From the NCBI GenBank assembly GCA_037447605.1, contig CM074816.1:1454525-1518524 (forward strand): a stretch of 64,000 nucleotides of DNA. The letters are read 5' to 3'. The notes under the pieces are model-generated. The model made no database searches and was not told the DNA's origin. It worked only from the letters and a program-made list of their open reading frames with translations. This DNA is from Zygnema circumcarinatum SAG 698-1b (taxonomy: Eukaryota > Plantae > Zygnematophyceae). Below, piece after piece: positions 44,379 through 58,049 of the stretch (its first letter is position 1; each line of letters starts with the position of its first letter). Both the position numbers and the translations under genes were made by a program.

Positions 44379-45168
44379 TCAGGGTTTAAGTAACGAGAGG
44401 AAGAGGGCGAGGGCGAGGGAGAGGGAGACGGAGAGGGAGAGGGCGAGGGCGAGGGAGAGGGAGAGGGAGAGGGAGCGGGCGTACCCCTGCGCGGCCTTGC
44501 TTTGGGCCAAAAGGGTTTGAGCGGGAGAGGTGAGGCAGGAGGCCCATTGGGAGTAGCCGGCGGAGGAGAGGTGGATGTACGGATACGAGTCCTGCCAAGG
44601 GGGGAGGGAGGGCTCAGGGAGGGAGGGAGGGAGGGAGACGGAGGGGGGAAGGTGGGAGAGAGGGAGAAGAGAGGGGGGGTGGAGAGGGGGAGGGGCAGGG
44701 AGGGAGAAGGAGGGGAGAGAGAGAGAGAGGGAGGGAGAAGAGACAGGGCGGGGGGGGGAAGGGAGGAGACAGAGGGAGGGGGCGAGAGCGGGAAGGACAA
44801 GTGGACGGAGAAGGGAAAGGGAGTGATGGGGGAAGGAGAGGAACAGGGGGAGGGTAGCGAGAGAAAAAACGAGAATAAGAGAAGGGAGGGAGGGAGAAGA
44901 AAGGAGCAGGAAGAGCTGGGGGAAAAGGAAAGAGAGAGACGGGAACTATAGGGAGGAGCGAGGAGGAGGGAGAGACAGCGGCAAGAGAGCGAAAGGAGAG
45001 GGAAGTTTCTTCGAGAAAGATTAGGGAGGCAGAGAGAAGGGGAGCCGCAGAGAGGGGAGGGCGAGAGTGGGAAAGGAGGTGGAAGGAGGGAGGGCGAGAG
45101 AGAGGGACAGAAAAGGAGAAAGGGGAGAAGAGGAGGGCGGGAGGGAGGGAAGATTTTGTAGAGAGAAA

Positions 45169-45228
<60 letters not shown>

Positions 45229-48200
45229 CACCTTCACGTAGTAGTCGAGGTCCAGCGCTCCGTCGACCTCGAATTTGTCGGAGCAGTCGACGAATTTGAC
45301 AAACCCATCTGAATGCATATTCGGATACAGACTTGGTCGGGTTTAGGGTTAGGGTTTTGGTTGAAGCACAAGAACATGCATAGATGTGAAGGGATAGGCC
45401 ATGCTATGCCTATGTGGCCATGTGGTTACTTAGCAACGTGGGCACATGACATGCATTCACGTATGCATGTCTTCTTACGTGCATGTGTGAACCATACAAT
45501 CGGCATCTGAGCCTTACCCGCATGCGCAGGCATGCAAAACATGCGCATGTCGCACTTAGTTGTCATTTCATGTGCACATAGGTACAACTATGGTTGGTTG
45601 CACATCATGCCATGTACTTGCATGCATGCATACAACAAGAACATGCCGACATCCACAACACCCAAATACATGCCATCTACAAAGCCGCAGGCCATGCATG
45701 CGAGGGTTCACATGACCCATGCATGCATGCATGCATGCGCAGATCCGCACCATCTGAGCCGTCGATCCCCGCCACCATTCCGTTCACTTCCGCGACGCCC
45801 GAGATCGGGACGTCTCCTCCCGCCGGAAAGCTCTGTAGCCCCTCGCGATAAAGTTACAAACGTCCTAAAGTTCGACTTGCTTAAGTTAAGACTTTGAGGC
45901 AGCCTAAAGTTACAGCAATCCCTTGCATGGCTTCAAAACCCTAAATCTTGGACTTCAAAACCCCCCTCCCTCTAACTCTCACCCTCGGCTCTCTCCCACT
46001 CTTTCCTGTTCTCTCTCTCTCCCTTCTGTCCCCCCTCTTATTGTCTCCCCCATCGCTCTCGCGCCCTCTCTCTGTCCCCCTCTCTCGTTCCCTTCATTCT
46101 CCCTCTCTACCCCCCCAACTCTCTCTCTCTCTCTCTCACACACACACAGTCTCTCTCACCGTGGGCAGGAGGCCGAGTACAAGAATCGCAGTCTCAGGGT
46201 GACTTTCCCGAATCATCGCTACAAGGTTTTTGATCTGCAGATACATTCAACACCATTCACAAAATTCAAACTACAACCAACTCAGAAACGACAACATTCA
46301 GAAAAACAGCTCAAACCATTTCGGGGCCCTAGAGCGGAAGAAACTCGTATGGACTTTTGTGAATTGGAAGACAAATAAAGATGAACCGAAGGTGTAACAA
46401 TTCATTACAAGAAATAAGAGAAGGAAAATGAACCTGATCTGCAGTTTCCGATGGAGTTATGGTCCCTGTAGCCCTGGCGATGTCGTTTACTCCGATGCAT
46501 ATAACCAGCATGTACAGGTGCAATGAATCTGGCAGCTCTCCATTCTGCATCATTGTTTAACGAGAGAGAAAGAGAGAGAGGAAGAGAGAGAGAGAGAGGA
46601 GACAAGTGGCGGGAGGGAGCGGGGGGAGAAAGAGAGGAAGCGGGAGAGAGGGTGGCAGAGAGAGGGGGGAGATAGAGAGAAGGGCGAAAAGAGCGAGAGA
46701 GGGAGTGCAGGTGCGGAGTATGTAAGATTACATGTAGCTACCACAGATGGTGCACAACCATGCTTTGCAAAGTTAGCTATGATTCTGGAATCTATTTCGT
46801 TGATATCTCGAAAAATTACCGGAGGACTATAAATTAGGCAGTGGTTGAAAATTTTAATATTGACATAACGTCAGGGTTCTAGGGTTCAACGCTCTTTCGC
46901 GGTTATAAGGATTAGGGCAGCAGGGTCAGGACTGGCGGACATCATCTTTATCATTTTAACAACGAATTCAGAGCCCTTTTTTGCAGTATAGGGCTTGAGA
47001 TTTGAGTGATACAAGGGAAAAATATCTCTTATTACAGCATTGCCGCTTAATATATCATTTCATTGTACGTCATCTTATCCTTTTCCCTCCTTTCTCTCCT
47101 CCTCTCTCCTCTCTCCTCTCTCCTCTCTCCTCTCTCCCCTCCTCTCTCCTCTCTCCTCTCTCCTCTCTCCTCTCTCCCCTCTCCTCTCTCCTCTCTCCTC
47201 TCTCCTCTCTCCTCTCTCCTCTCTCCTCTCCTCTCTCCTCTCTCTCGCTCTCTCCCTCTCTCTCCCACTTCCTCTTTCACGTCATTTCGTGTATGCGTCC
47301 ATTCCGCTAAAGGCGAAGCACGTGTCTAAGTTTAAGTCAATTGGTTCTAAATATTCTCCGTTCTTTCTCTCACCTCAAACCTCCAACGAAGGTTTCTGAC
47401 GCGGTCGGCCGCTATTCCAAAGTCCAAAACATCGCCGCCCAAATCGGAGTTCAATTTATCCCACACCGGTCTGCCAGAAATTACACATTTCATTTTTCAT
47501 CCGAACAGCCATAACCATGAATTATCAGATTCAAGAGGAGGCAAGAGTGAAGGGGAGAGGACAAGGAGGAAGTGGCGGCAAGGGGAGTGGAGGGGAGTGA
47601 GAGTGACATAGGTGAAGGAGTGAGTGGAAGGGAGAGAACGAAAAAGTAGCGAGAGGGAGGGAGAAAGGGAATGTAGGGAAGCGAGAGAGAGGAGGGAGAG
47701 AGACCTACCCAATACCGGTGTAATGCTTATAATTCCCTCCTTTGAATGTTCCCTTCCAGCCCTGTGGACAGAATCAGCAAAAAATGAGAAACCATGAGAG
47801 GGATGGAAGGAGGAGGGAGGGAAGGAGAGGAGAAGCAGAGGAAAGAGAGAGAGAGAGAGAGAGAAAAGGGCGGGGGGTAGCTGAAGTAGCTGAAGTGGAC
47901 AAAAGCGGAGGGCAAGATGGGTGGCCGGCAATAGAGAAGCGAGAGAGCTTGAAGGAAGAGAAGAGAAACGACGACGAGAGAGAGAGAGAGAGAGAGTGAG
48001 AGAGTGAGAGAGAGAGAGAGAGAGGCCTTACCTCTGTTATTGAATCTCCCGCAATGATGACATCCACAAACTTGCGGTCCTTGACCTCCGCCACGTAGCC
48101 CTCGTGCATGGCCCGCCACCACGCCTGCCCGCTCCCCTCCGCCACTTTGCCGCCGAGCCGCCGCCGCGCACCCGAGCCGCCGCCATTCGAGTTTTCCGCA

Positions 48201-48343
48201 AAAAACTCGCTCGCGAGTTTGTCGGTGGTTTCGAGAGGGAGAGACGACAAGTGAGTTGGGGTGCAAAAGGAAGAGAAGAGGGAGAGGAGGAGCAGGAGAG
48301 ATAGAGCTCCGAGGGCGGGTCCTGGGGCCCGTTTTGGGGCCAT
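44379..48343 (-). CDS. Secreted SGNH/GDSL hydrolase A (PAF-acetylhydrolase Ib-like), 8 exons: 48343-48032, 47761-47709, 47470-47374, 46544-46434, 46234-46160, 45832-45751, 45308-45232, 44591-44379
   Basis: Signal peptide; block I AGDSITE; FGIAADRVRNLRWRFENGEL; block III ICIGVND; LGLLPT; VDCSDKF; YPYIHLSSAGYSQWASCL. All phases are consistent. Confidence 0.88.
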
Positions 48344-48869
48344 TGGGGGGGGGGGGGGGGGGGNNNNNNNNNNGAGGGAGAGGGAGAGGGAGAGGGAGAG
48401 GGAGAGGGAGAAGGAGAGGGAGTGGTAGTGAAGGGAATGAAGTGGGAGGAAGGTTGAGAGTGGGAGGGGAGAGAAAGGGGAAGAGGGAGGGAGTTGAATA
48501 GTGGAGGATGGGAGAGCGGAAGGGGAAGGACAGAAGGGGAGAAGGAGAGGGAAGGAAGGAATCAACTGGGGAAAGAGAAGAGAGAGGGTAAGTGGAGGTG
48601 TTGAGGGAGAAGGGAGAGCTTTGGAGAATGTGAGGGAAGGACGGGGAGAAGGGTGAGAGAGGGAAGGGAGGGGAGAGAGAGGAGAGAAAGGGAGAGAGAC
48701 AAAATAACGAGTGGCAGATGAAATAGAGAAGGAGCGTGAGTGGGAGGCCAAGGAAAGCGGGAGAGCGGAAGGGGAAAGAGAGAGGAAGAGAAAGGGCGCA
48801 CTTTCAAAATAGAAAATGTAGCGCCTTTGAAGATTCCAAAGACACGTAGCCTCCCCACTGCCTCTAAAC

Positions 48870-49130
48870 TCTTAAAATTGCTCTCCTCTCCCTCTCCCTC
48901 CCTCTCCCTCCCTCTCCCTCTCCCTCTCCCTCCCTCTCCCTCTCCCTCTCCCTCCCTCTCCCTCTCCCTCTCCCTCCCTCTCCCTCCCTCCCTCCCTCTC
49001 CCTCTCCCTCTCCCTCTCCCTCTCCCTCCCTCCCTCTCCCTCTCCCTCTCCCTCTCCCTCCCTCTCCCTCCCTCTCCCTCTCCCTCTCCCTCTCCCTCTC
49101 CCTCTCCCTCTCCCTCTCCCTCCTGCTTCC
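48870..49130 (+). repeat. (CCCTCT)n microsatellite upstream of SGNH A
   Basis: Long near-perfect hexamer run. Confidence 0.9.
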
Positions 49131-50547
49131 CCTTCCCCTCTCCCACTCCTACCCCAGAGTCTCCCTCCCTCCCTCCCTCCCTCGCCCGACCGCCTACCTG
49201 TCAAGCTGACACCTGCCGAGGACCACCTCAGGGAGGCCGACGGCAAAGACCGTCAGGTGGTTCTAAAGCGAAAAATGAATAATGAATAGAGCGACGGAAA
49301 AAATAAATCTTGAAAAAACTCAAATACTGCCCGTACGTAAAATATTCACATCTTGGGACCAGAATGTCAATGTCATTTGGTCGCATTTTTGTGGAACATG
49401 GTCGAGTACTGAATCGACCAGAAATAACAACTCTATTGTCGTATTTAACAGATTATTGCAGTCCAATGTAATTCACGCTTACGTGGAATCCATCGAGGGT
49501 CTTTTATCAAAGTGATTTATCCAATCATGACTTGCCACGTGGATCCACATGTGCACGTGGCGTAAAAGGATAGGTGAAAGATGCCTTCAATCTCACAAGT
49601 GTGAACACGGCATTAAAATGTCCTCGTTTGACCGGAAGACATTTTTAAGTTGGTAAAAAAAGAAAAAAAGGCCAACAGTTTTTTTCTTTCCTTATATCCG
49701 TGTAGAGTCCATACATGTTATATAAAATAATTTACGGGCAGCCCAGAGAGAATCTAAATGTCGGTCGTGCCAAAAGTGTCCGATTCCGCCGACGACGGTC
49801 CAATGTACGGAAATGGCTCTGGACCGCCCGGTTCCTGGAAGGACCAGATCTGAATATTTTTTCTACCCGTGAAATTCAACTTAGCCACCTTTCAAACTTT
49901 GACCGGTCAACGACATCTGACAGTAGCCACTTCGCCGAGGAAGGTAATTTGAGCGGTCCGATTCGCCACTGGATCGATTTCGGCCGTCGATTCAATTTCC
50001 ATTATTGGCGCTTTTGGTCGTTTTTGAGCGCAATTTTGATTTTGATTTTGAGCGCAAGATCCACCGCTAAAAAAAAAAAATTGTCGCCTTCGAAAAAGTT
50101 AAAACGATCTGGATTCGATGAAATTTTGCATCTCCACTACCGCACTGAATGCTCATCACAGACAACAATATCGGGATATTAAAACATTATATCGAAATAT
50201 AAAAACAATATATGTATGGATATCGCAATATATCCTGATACGATATCGATATTGTCGCAATAGTATCGGGCACATCCGCGACCGCGTCGCGTGTGCGTCT
50301 ACCGATTCGTCAGTTGACCGACGTCAGTAAACTGTAAATGCGGGCAGTTTCGACGATCCGTAAAACTGGAACCAGTTACAGAATTACTGGTCGCGCTTCT
50401 GCCTTTTGTCCGTCCTATTGTGGCCGTAGCATTGCGAGAGTACCACTTACTTTAGGGTTTTTAGGGTTTTACTTATCCCTTTTTTGGGATCTTCACTCCA
50501 TTGCTTGCGTCTGTCTCGTATCTCTTTGAAGGAGAAGTGGAATTGAT

Positions 50548-50655
50548 CTCACGATGGCGATGATGCCATCAAATGTACATGGACAACAACATCATGGGGA
50601 ACCACGAGGAACTGGGCGCAAAGGAGCTAAACACAAAAGGAAAAAGCTAGAAGCG
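50548..50655 (+). repeat. Dispersed ~100-bp repeat with a related copy at ~63485-63585
   Basis: Shared GCCATCAAATGTACATGGACAA...GGAACCACGA.G.ACTGG...AAACACAA...AAAGCTAGA. Origin unknown. Confidence 0.6.
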
Positions 50656-51068
50656 GGCCTCCTCTTTCGGGGCGGAGGGACCATAGGATCGGCAACCATT
50701 GGATCAACCATTGGATCAAGCATTGGATGGCAATGGTTGGACGGCCAATGGTCATGGTAGCAACCATTGGATTCAATGGTTGATTCAATCCAACGCCAAT
50801 GGTTGGCAACCATCGGACGGTTGGAAAGACGCTTCACTCTCCAAAGGTCACCGGTTCAAGCCTCAGACCCTCCCTCATTTCCCACCTCCTCCCAGATTCC
50901 CCAAACACCTCAATAAAATCGAACCCAACTTTTCAAAGCCCTAATTTTACAACTCCTTCCAGGCACCCCGTCTCCTTCCCTTGTCCTTCAAACCTCCGTC
51001 AATGTACAAATTACAAAAAAAAAAAAAAAATCACATCTCATCATTGTCTTTCCCCCCACATGTCCAAT

Positions 51069-51628
51069 TTACAATTTTTCCCGTAGTCCGTCCAACAGCG
51101 CCACATAGATCGCCGTGCTGCCGTCGTCCTGTCCCTCCCTCTCTACCATCTCTCTCGCGACCTCTCCCGCGCCCTCCCACAGCCTCCGCCCCAACGCCAA
51201 GTCGCGGGAGAGAGGGGACGGGCTCAAGTACGTCCCGTGGGCCCCAAAGCAGTAAACTCCGGAGACGTCCTGAGATCGAGTCCCGGAACGCGCACATAAT
51301 GGGACGCACATAATTAGGTCACGGCCGCGTGTTCAGAAATTTGGGGGCTTTGGGGGCTTCGTGAATTGCAGGGATTATGAGGGTTTGGGGGGTTTTAAGG
51401 GTTTTGTTTGTTGAGTTTGTAGGGTTGGTTTTCGAAGTTTTGGGTTCCGGAAGAGAGCGGGAGAGAGAGGGGGAAACGGCGAGGAGGTCAAAAGTGAGAA
51501 AATGAGGTAGAGTGTGTAAGGTGGAGTGGGAGAGAGGGAGAGGAGGCAGATAAGGGAAAGGGCGACAAGGGCGGCAGAAGTAGAGGGGCGCAGAGAGAGC
51601 GGAAATGGGACAGAGGCAGAGGGAGAGG

Positions 51629-51686
<58 letters not shown>

Positions 51687-54600
51687 CTCACTGCAGGCGC
51701 CATGGCTGCTCGGGCAATGGCCTCCGCCACCTCCTCGGGGTCCCTCATGAGGTCGAAAAAGCGCAGGACCATTCGGCCAATCGCAACGAGCCACGTGGGC
51801 ATCTCCCTCAGGATGGCCGAGTCCACCAGCCCCGGGTCCACAGCGCTGATCCACCCACACTTGAAAAGTTCAAGTTTTGCTAAAAGGTTTTTTCAGGATT
51901 GTTTAAGCTTTAATGGAGATTTTTTCAGTGTTTAAGGCGTGAATAAAGCTTGGTTGAAGGACGATTGTGTGTTTAAGGGTATTTTCTTTTTTGCTTTGGT
52001 ACTATTGGAGATTTTTACTGTTTTCTCGAAAAAATGACTAGCCTTGATCCATCTTCACTAAGTTTGACCAGTTTGACCTAACAAACCAGAAAACAGTACC
52101 ATGAAACCATAAATGGGCTCAAAAGTCAACAGGGGAAGGTGGTATCTGTGGAACGGAACGGAGCGGAGGGCCGTAGCATGGAAACAGTCAACAGCTGGGG
52201 GAGGTGCTATCTGAACTCACATAACGCTGATTCGAGAGGAGGGAGATCTCGGGGCAGAAAAAAAAATTTGGTGCATCCAATAACTCATTATTAAGAGGGC
52301 CACTGCAAGGCTTGAAAAAGATGCGGTCAGAAAAAAAAATCAGTTCGAAACTGTAGAAAAGATGATGTTCTATGAAGTGTAGGCTGAAAATGTAACAAAT
52401 TTGAGATTGCAAGAGGATAATACGACAATAAAGTGACCAGAAGTGAATATATCATGTATTACTTGAGAACCGAGAGAGGGGAGAGGGAGGGAGAGAGAGA
52501 GGGAGAGAGTGGGAGCGAGAGAGAGACATAGGAGGAGAGAGAGAGGGAGAGAGAGAGGGAGAGAGTGGGAGCGAGAGAGAGACATAGGAGAGAGAGAGTG
52601 GGAGTGAGAGGGAGAGAGGGAGAAATAGAGGGAGCGAGAGTGAGAGAGTGAGAGAGGTAGAGAGAGTCAGAGGGAGAGAACGGGGGAAAGAAAAGGACCT
52701 CCCTCTCCCTCCCTTTTCCTTCTCCCTTCCAATATTTTTGTTTTAAACGTAAATTTCTTTTGTGAATCATCATCAAAGTAAACTTACTTTTGGAATTTTG
52801 GTAGTAATAAGCCGGCACATAAGGAGGATTCTTTTTCAGATTTTGAATTTCCGCCGCATCGTAAACTCCTCCCGCCATGAGGGAATCCCGGTCTACATGC
52901 AGTTCCTTAACTGTAATAATAAAAACCGGAAAAAAATTAGAACAACGGGGGTATATATATACATATAAATTCCCAGAATTATGCACCCAAAAAAAAGAGA
53001 AAAAAAAAAAAAAAAAGGAACAAAAGAAGGTAAGCAGATCGTGGTTAAACGAGAGTGGTTTCTTGTATCTGACCAGATTGCTGACGTCAGCCTACCAGCC
53101 CAGTGCGTGAATGAGACAAGATTGATGATGCGAGCATCCGGCGCGGCCTCTTTCAGAAGGGGCGTCAGCAGTTGAGTGAGAAGGAAAGGACCCAGAAAAT
53201 TTGTCGTTATCGATCTGCCAAAAAGATAAAATAGTTTCAGATTATAAGATTTTAAGTTTTTGGAGGGAGAGAGGGAGCGAGAGAGCGAGGGACGGAGGGA
53301 GGGAGGAAAGGAGAGGAGGGAGGAAGGGAGGAAAGGAGAGGAGGGAGGAGAGGGAGGGAGAGAGAGAGGGAGAGAGTGGGAGTGAGAGGGAGAGAGGGAG
53401 GAAGGAGGAAAGGAGGAAAGGAGAGAGGGAGGAAGGGAGAAAGGAGAGGAGGGAGGGAAGGAGGAAAGGAGAGGAGGGAGGAAAGGAGGGGAGGGATAGA
53501 GGGAGGAAAGGAGAGGAGGAAGGGAGGGAAGGACGGAGGGGAGGGAGGGAGGGAGGAAAGGAGAGGAGGGAGGGAGGGAGGAAAGGAGAGGTGGGAGGAA
53601 GGAAGGGAGGAAAGGAGAGGAGGGAGGGAGGAAAGGAGAGGAGGGAGGAAGGGAGGGAAAAGGAGAGGAGGGAGGAAAGGAGGGGAGGGAGAGGAGGGAG
53701 GAAGGGAGGAAAGGAGAGGAGGGAGGAAAGGAGGGGAGGGAGGGAGGGAGGAGGAAAGGAGAGGAGGGAGGAAGGGAGGAAAGGAGAGGAGGGAGGAAGG
53801 GAGGAAAGGAGAGGGAGGAAAGAAGGAACGGAGGGGGAGGAAAGGAGGGAGGGAGGGAGGGAGGGAGGGAGGAAAGGAGAGGAGGGAGGGAGGGAGGAAA
53901 GGAGAGGAGGGAGGAAGGGAGGAAAGGGAGGAAAGGAGAGGAGGGAGGAAGGGAGGAAAGGAGAGGAGGGAGGAAGGGAGGAAAGGAGAGGAGGGAGGAA
54001 AGGAGGGGAGGGATAGAGGGAGGAAAGGAGAGGAGGGAGGGAGGGAAGGACGGAGGGGAGGGAGGGAGGGAGGAAAGGAGAGGAGGGAGGAAGGGAGGAA
54101 AGGAGAGGAGGGAGGAAGGGAGGAAAGGAGAGGAGGGAGGAAGGGAGGAAAGGAGAGGAGGGAGGAAGGGAGGAAAGGAGAGGAGGGAGGAAGGGAGGAA
54201 AGGAGAGGAGGGAGGAAAGGAGGGGAGGGATAGAGGGAGGAAAGGAGAGGAGGAAGGGAGGGAAGGACGGAGGGGAGGGAGGGAGGGAGGAAAGGAGAGG
54301 AGGGAGGGAAGGAGGAAAGGAGAGGTGGGAGGGAGGGAGGAAAGGAGAGGAGGGAGGAAGGGAGGAAAGGAGAGGAGGGAGGAAGGGAGGAAAGGAGAGG
54401 AGGGAGGAAGGGAGGAAAGGAGGGAGAGGGAGAGGGAGGGAGGAGAGGAGGAGAGGGAGAGGGAGGAAAGGAGAGGAGGGAGGGAGGGAGGAAAGGAGAG
54501 GAGGGAGGGAGGGAGGAGAGGAGGGAGGGAGGAGGAAAGGAGGGAGGGAGGGGGAGGAAAGGAGAGGAGGGAGGAAGGGAGGAAAGGAGAGGAGGGAGGA

Positions 54601-55623
54601 AGGGAGGAAAGGGGAGGAAAGGAGAGGAGGGAGGAAAGGAGGGGAGGGAGGGAGGGAGGGAGGGAGGGGAGGGAGGGAGGGAGGAGGAGAGGGAGGGGAG
54701 GAAAGGAGAGGTGGGAGGGAGGGAGGAAAGGAGCGGAGGGAGGGAGGAAGGGAGGAAAGGAGAGGGAGGAAAGAAGGAACGGAGAGGAGGGAGGAAAGGA
54801 GGGAGGGAGGGAGGGAGGGAGGGAGGAAAGGAGAGGAGGGAGGGAGGGAGGAAAGGAGCGGAGGGAGGGAGGGAGGAAAGGAGCGGAGGGAGGGAGGAAG
54901 GGAGGAAAGGAGAGGGAGGAAAGAAGGAAAGGAGAGGAGGGAGGAAAGGAGGGAGGGAGGGAGGGAGGTAGAGGGCCTTACCTTTCGCTCCCAAAAGTTG
55001 TTACTTGTTTCGAGCCTCCCAACATTCCCGCGTTGTTCACCAAAATTCGGAGCACATAGGTTTGTGATCCCGAAAATATTCGATTGATTCTCTCAACAAA
55101 GCGAATTATGGAGGTGGGGTCGCAAAGTTCGAGGTAGAGAACGTCCAAAGAAGAGTACGGAAATCTGGCGGATATTTCTTGGGCAACCTGCCCAAAAGAA
55201 AAAAAAAAAAAAAAGAGTTAGTTTGAAGTTGGGAGGGTACAAACTGACCAAGAAAAAAAAAAATGAAAGACAAAGGAAAGGATTTTATGGAAAAGGGGGA
55301 ATTGGTTTGTACGGATGTGAGAAAGGGAAACCGCCGCAGTTTGACGGAAAAACTGAAACTAGTGACGTTTTTGAACATGGAACGGCTCCGGCTGATCATA
55401 GATTCGGTTGGATTCAAAGTTATTATTAATTGGATTTTTTTAATCTGACAAAGGGGTACAAATCAAGTTAGGGAGGGATGAAGACCTGTGTTCCCTTCTC
55501 CAGCGATCTGCAGCCTGCCATTCAGAGAGACCCCACAGAGGGAGTGGGTACGCGTGAGAGAGAGAGGGAGAGAGGAGGGTTAAGGGAGAGAGAGAAAGAG
55601 AGAGGGAGAGAGGGAGAGGGTGA

Positions 55624-55690
<67 letters not shown>

Positions 55691-56018
55691 AGAGAGAGGT
55701 AGAGAGAGGTGTTGGTGACTGGAGGAAGAGACACAGAGAATGGGAGAGAGAGTGGGAGGGAGAAAGTAAACGGGGAGGCGGAAAGAGGGAGAGAGGGGGA
55801 AAAGGAAAGACAGAGCGAGAGGGAAAGGAGAGAGAGTGAAATTGGACATAATTTTGAGATAGCCCTCCCTCCTTTAAATGATAGAGAGAGGCAGAGAGAG
55901 AGAGAGAGAGAGGGTACCGAGGATGACGTGGAAGCCGATCGCTGCCAAATAATGCGCTGCCGCACGCCCTATTCCGGAAGTGGCCTGCGCCGCAGAGCAT
56001 GGAAAGTTGAGAGAGAGG

Positions 56019-56058
<40 letters not shown>

Positions 56059-56596
56059 AACAGAGGAAGAGAGAGAGTGGGGGAAAGAAGAATGGGGAGA
56101 GAGAGAGCGAGGGACAGAGGGAGAGAGAGGGGAGGGTGCAGAAAAGTAGAGGACGAGAGGGACGTCGAAGAAAAGGGGAAAAGTGAGAAGAGGAGAGATA
56201 GGAGAGAGAGGGAGAGAGAGAGAGAGGGAGAGATACATCCGTGCGCGCTTCCACACATTCACATTCGGTACAAACATGACTCTTAACTCGATCGCAGAAG
56301 AAATTTCTGTTGCAAATTTTCCAAAATGGAAGCTCAAAGAAAGGACCCACCCCTGTAACAATGCATGCCGGCCGGCGATATATAAAATACCGATCCGATA
56401 ACTTTGTCGGCGGCGGTAACTGAAAAACAGTTCCATGTACGAACCACATAAATCGCGAATAGAACGAAACCACAATGGCGGTAGCGATCGAACTGACCAG
56501 ATGCATCCCCCACCGGTAAAAGGTCCACAAATTGGCGAAACTGAGCGCGTTCCATGTGGGGGAGGCCGTGGAACAGTCCGTTGAACGGGTCTCCAT
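51069..56596 (-). CDS. Classical short-chain dehydrogenase/reductase (retinol dehydrogenase/DHRSX-like), 9 exons: 56596-56351, 55984-55918, 55514-55486, 55187-54982, 53214-53096, 52910-52788, 52302-52221, 51845-51692, 51269-51069
   Basis: RPACIVTGATSGIGRAAAHYLA (TGxxxGxG), LVNNAG, TTNFLGPFLLTQLL, RIINLVSFTH, YQNSK (YxxxK), IAVDPGLVDS, LGRRLWE. All phases are consistent. Confidence 0.92.
53255..54975 (+). repeat. ~1.7-kb purine-rich minisatellite (GGAGGGAGGAAAGGAGA-type units) filling SDR intron 4
   Basis: Repeated GGAGGAAAGGAGAGGAGGGAGGAAG; explains the spurious ORFs at 53201-55059. Confidence 0.9.
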
Positions 56597-56932
56597 GGAG
56601 CGGGCCGTCACGTCACGCGGCCAGAAGGGGGGGGGGGGGGGGGGAANNNNNNNNNNGGGGGGGGGGGGGGGGGGGGGGGGAACTTCAACCCGGTTCTATG
56701 CTGTTCAGTTCTGAAAATTATTTACGAATGTTTGAAGAGCTTCATGCAGAGCCAGTGGAGGTACACCGTGACAACTGTCACGGGCAGCGTTACGGGCACG
56801 AGCATGCAATAGAAGTACCTGCAAACATCACAAACGTCAAAAAATAGAATAAGACAAGAAAAGTAATTCGAACATTTTACTACCAATTTACAGATCAAAC
56901 GATTAAAGAAAGAGGGAAAAGACGACATCATC

Positions 56933-57178
56933 TAGACCCTAAACCCTAGACGCTAGACCTGTAAACCCTAAACCCTAGACCGTAGACCCTAGACATACCC
57001 TAGACCCTAGACCCTAGACCCTAGACCATAGACGCTAGACCGTAGATCCTGGACCCTAGACCGTAGACCCTAGACCTGTAAACCCTAACCACTAAACCTA
57101 GACCCTAAACCCTAGACCCTAGGCCCTAGACCTGTAAACCCTAAACCCTAGGCCCTAGGCCCTAGATACATGTAAACC
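56933..57178 (+). repeat. Telomere-like array dominated by the variant CCCTAGA
   Basis: (ACCCTAG)n mixed with AAACCCT units, in the divergent SDR / SGNH B intergenic region. Confidence 0.8.
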
Positions 57179-58049
57179 CTACATAGGCTACAGTTTATAT
57201 GACTCGTTGTGGCGGGGATGCAGTATGTTCCCCCTCTCTCTTTTTTTACCTCTCGACCATCATGCAGGCATGCCCGCAAACCTTAGCGCGCACCTGGTCG
57301 AGGAAAGAAGATATGAGTTCGGGCGCGTATATGTGATTCGAGGTGTTGAGGGTTTAGGGTTTTGCGGAATTTAGGGTTTTGGAAAATCCAAGATTCCCCA
57401 GAAGGAATGGCTTAGGGTTTGAGGGTTTATACCCATTTAAACCCCTCCAAACGTGAAATTTCAAAAAGCTAAACACCCGCAAATCTTAAAACCTCCGGAC
57501 GAGTCCAAAGACTTGGAAAATGAATTTCAAAAACTGGTGAATTCCAGCAACCCTAATCCCCCAGTTCCCCCGAAACCTGCTCAACCCTAAAAAAGGGTTC
57601 AGAGCCCTAGAAAGCCAGAAACTGTAAAACCCTAATCGCCGAAAAACCACAAACTCGAAACCTCGGAGCATAAAAAACCTCCCCTGAAAAACCTTAAATC
57701 CTAAAACCCTTCCGCAAAATCCAGACCCTAAAACCCTTCCCTTCCAAAAAAAACATAAACCCTAAACTTCTTGACCGCTGTTGTCTCTCCGCTTACCAGT
57801 CCCTCCGGGCAGCTTCAAACTTATCCACCGGGCTGCCCGCCGCTGGCGACCAAAATATCGGCGCCAGCAGCGCTACCCAAAACCCTAAAAAAATTCCAAC
57901 CCCCAAAAAGATGCAGCAGAGTCCGTACGCCCGCAGCTCCCAGTTCGGCCCTGAACCCTCCGCCCCGCCGCTGCCCCACCTCGCCGGCCCTGAACCCTGC
58001 GCCCTCGCCGGCTCTGAACCCTTCCAGACTCGGCTTCTAGGAGAGGCGC

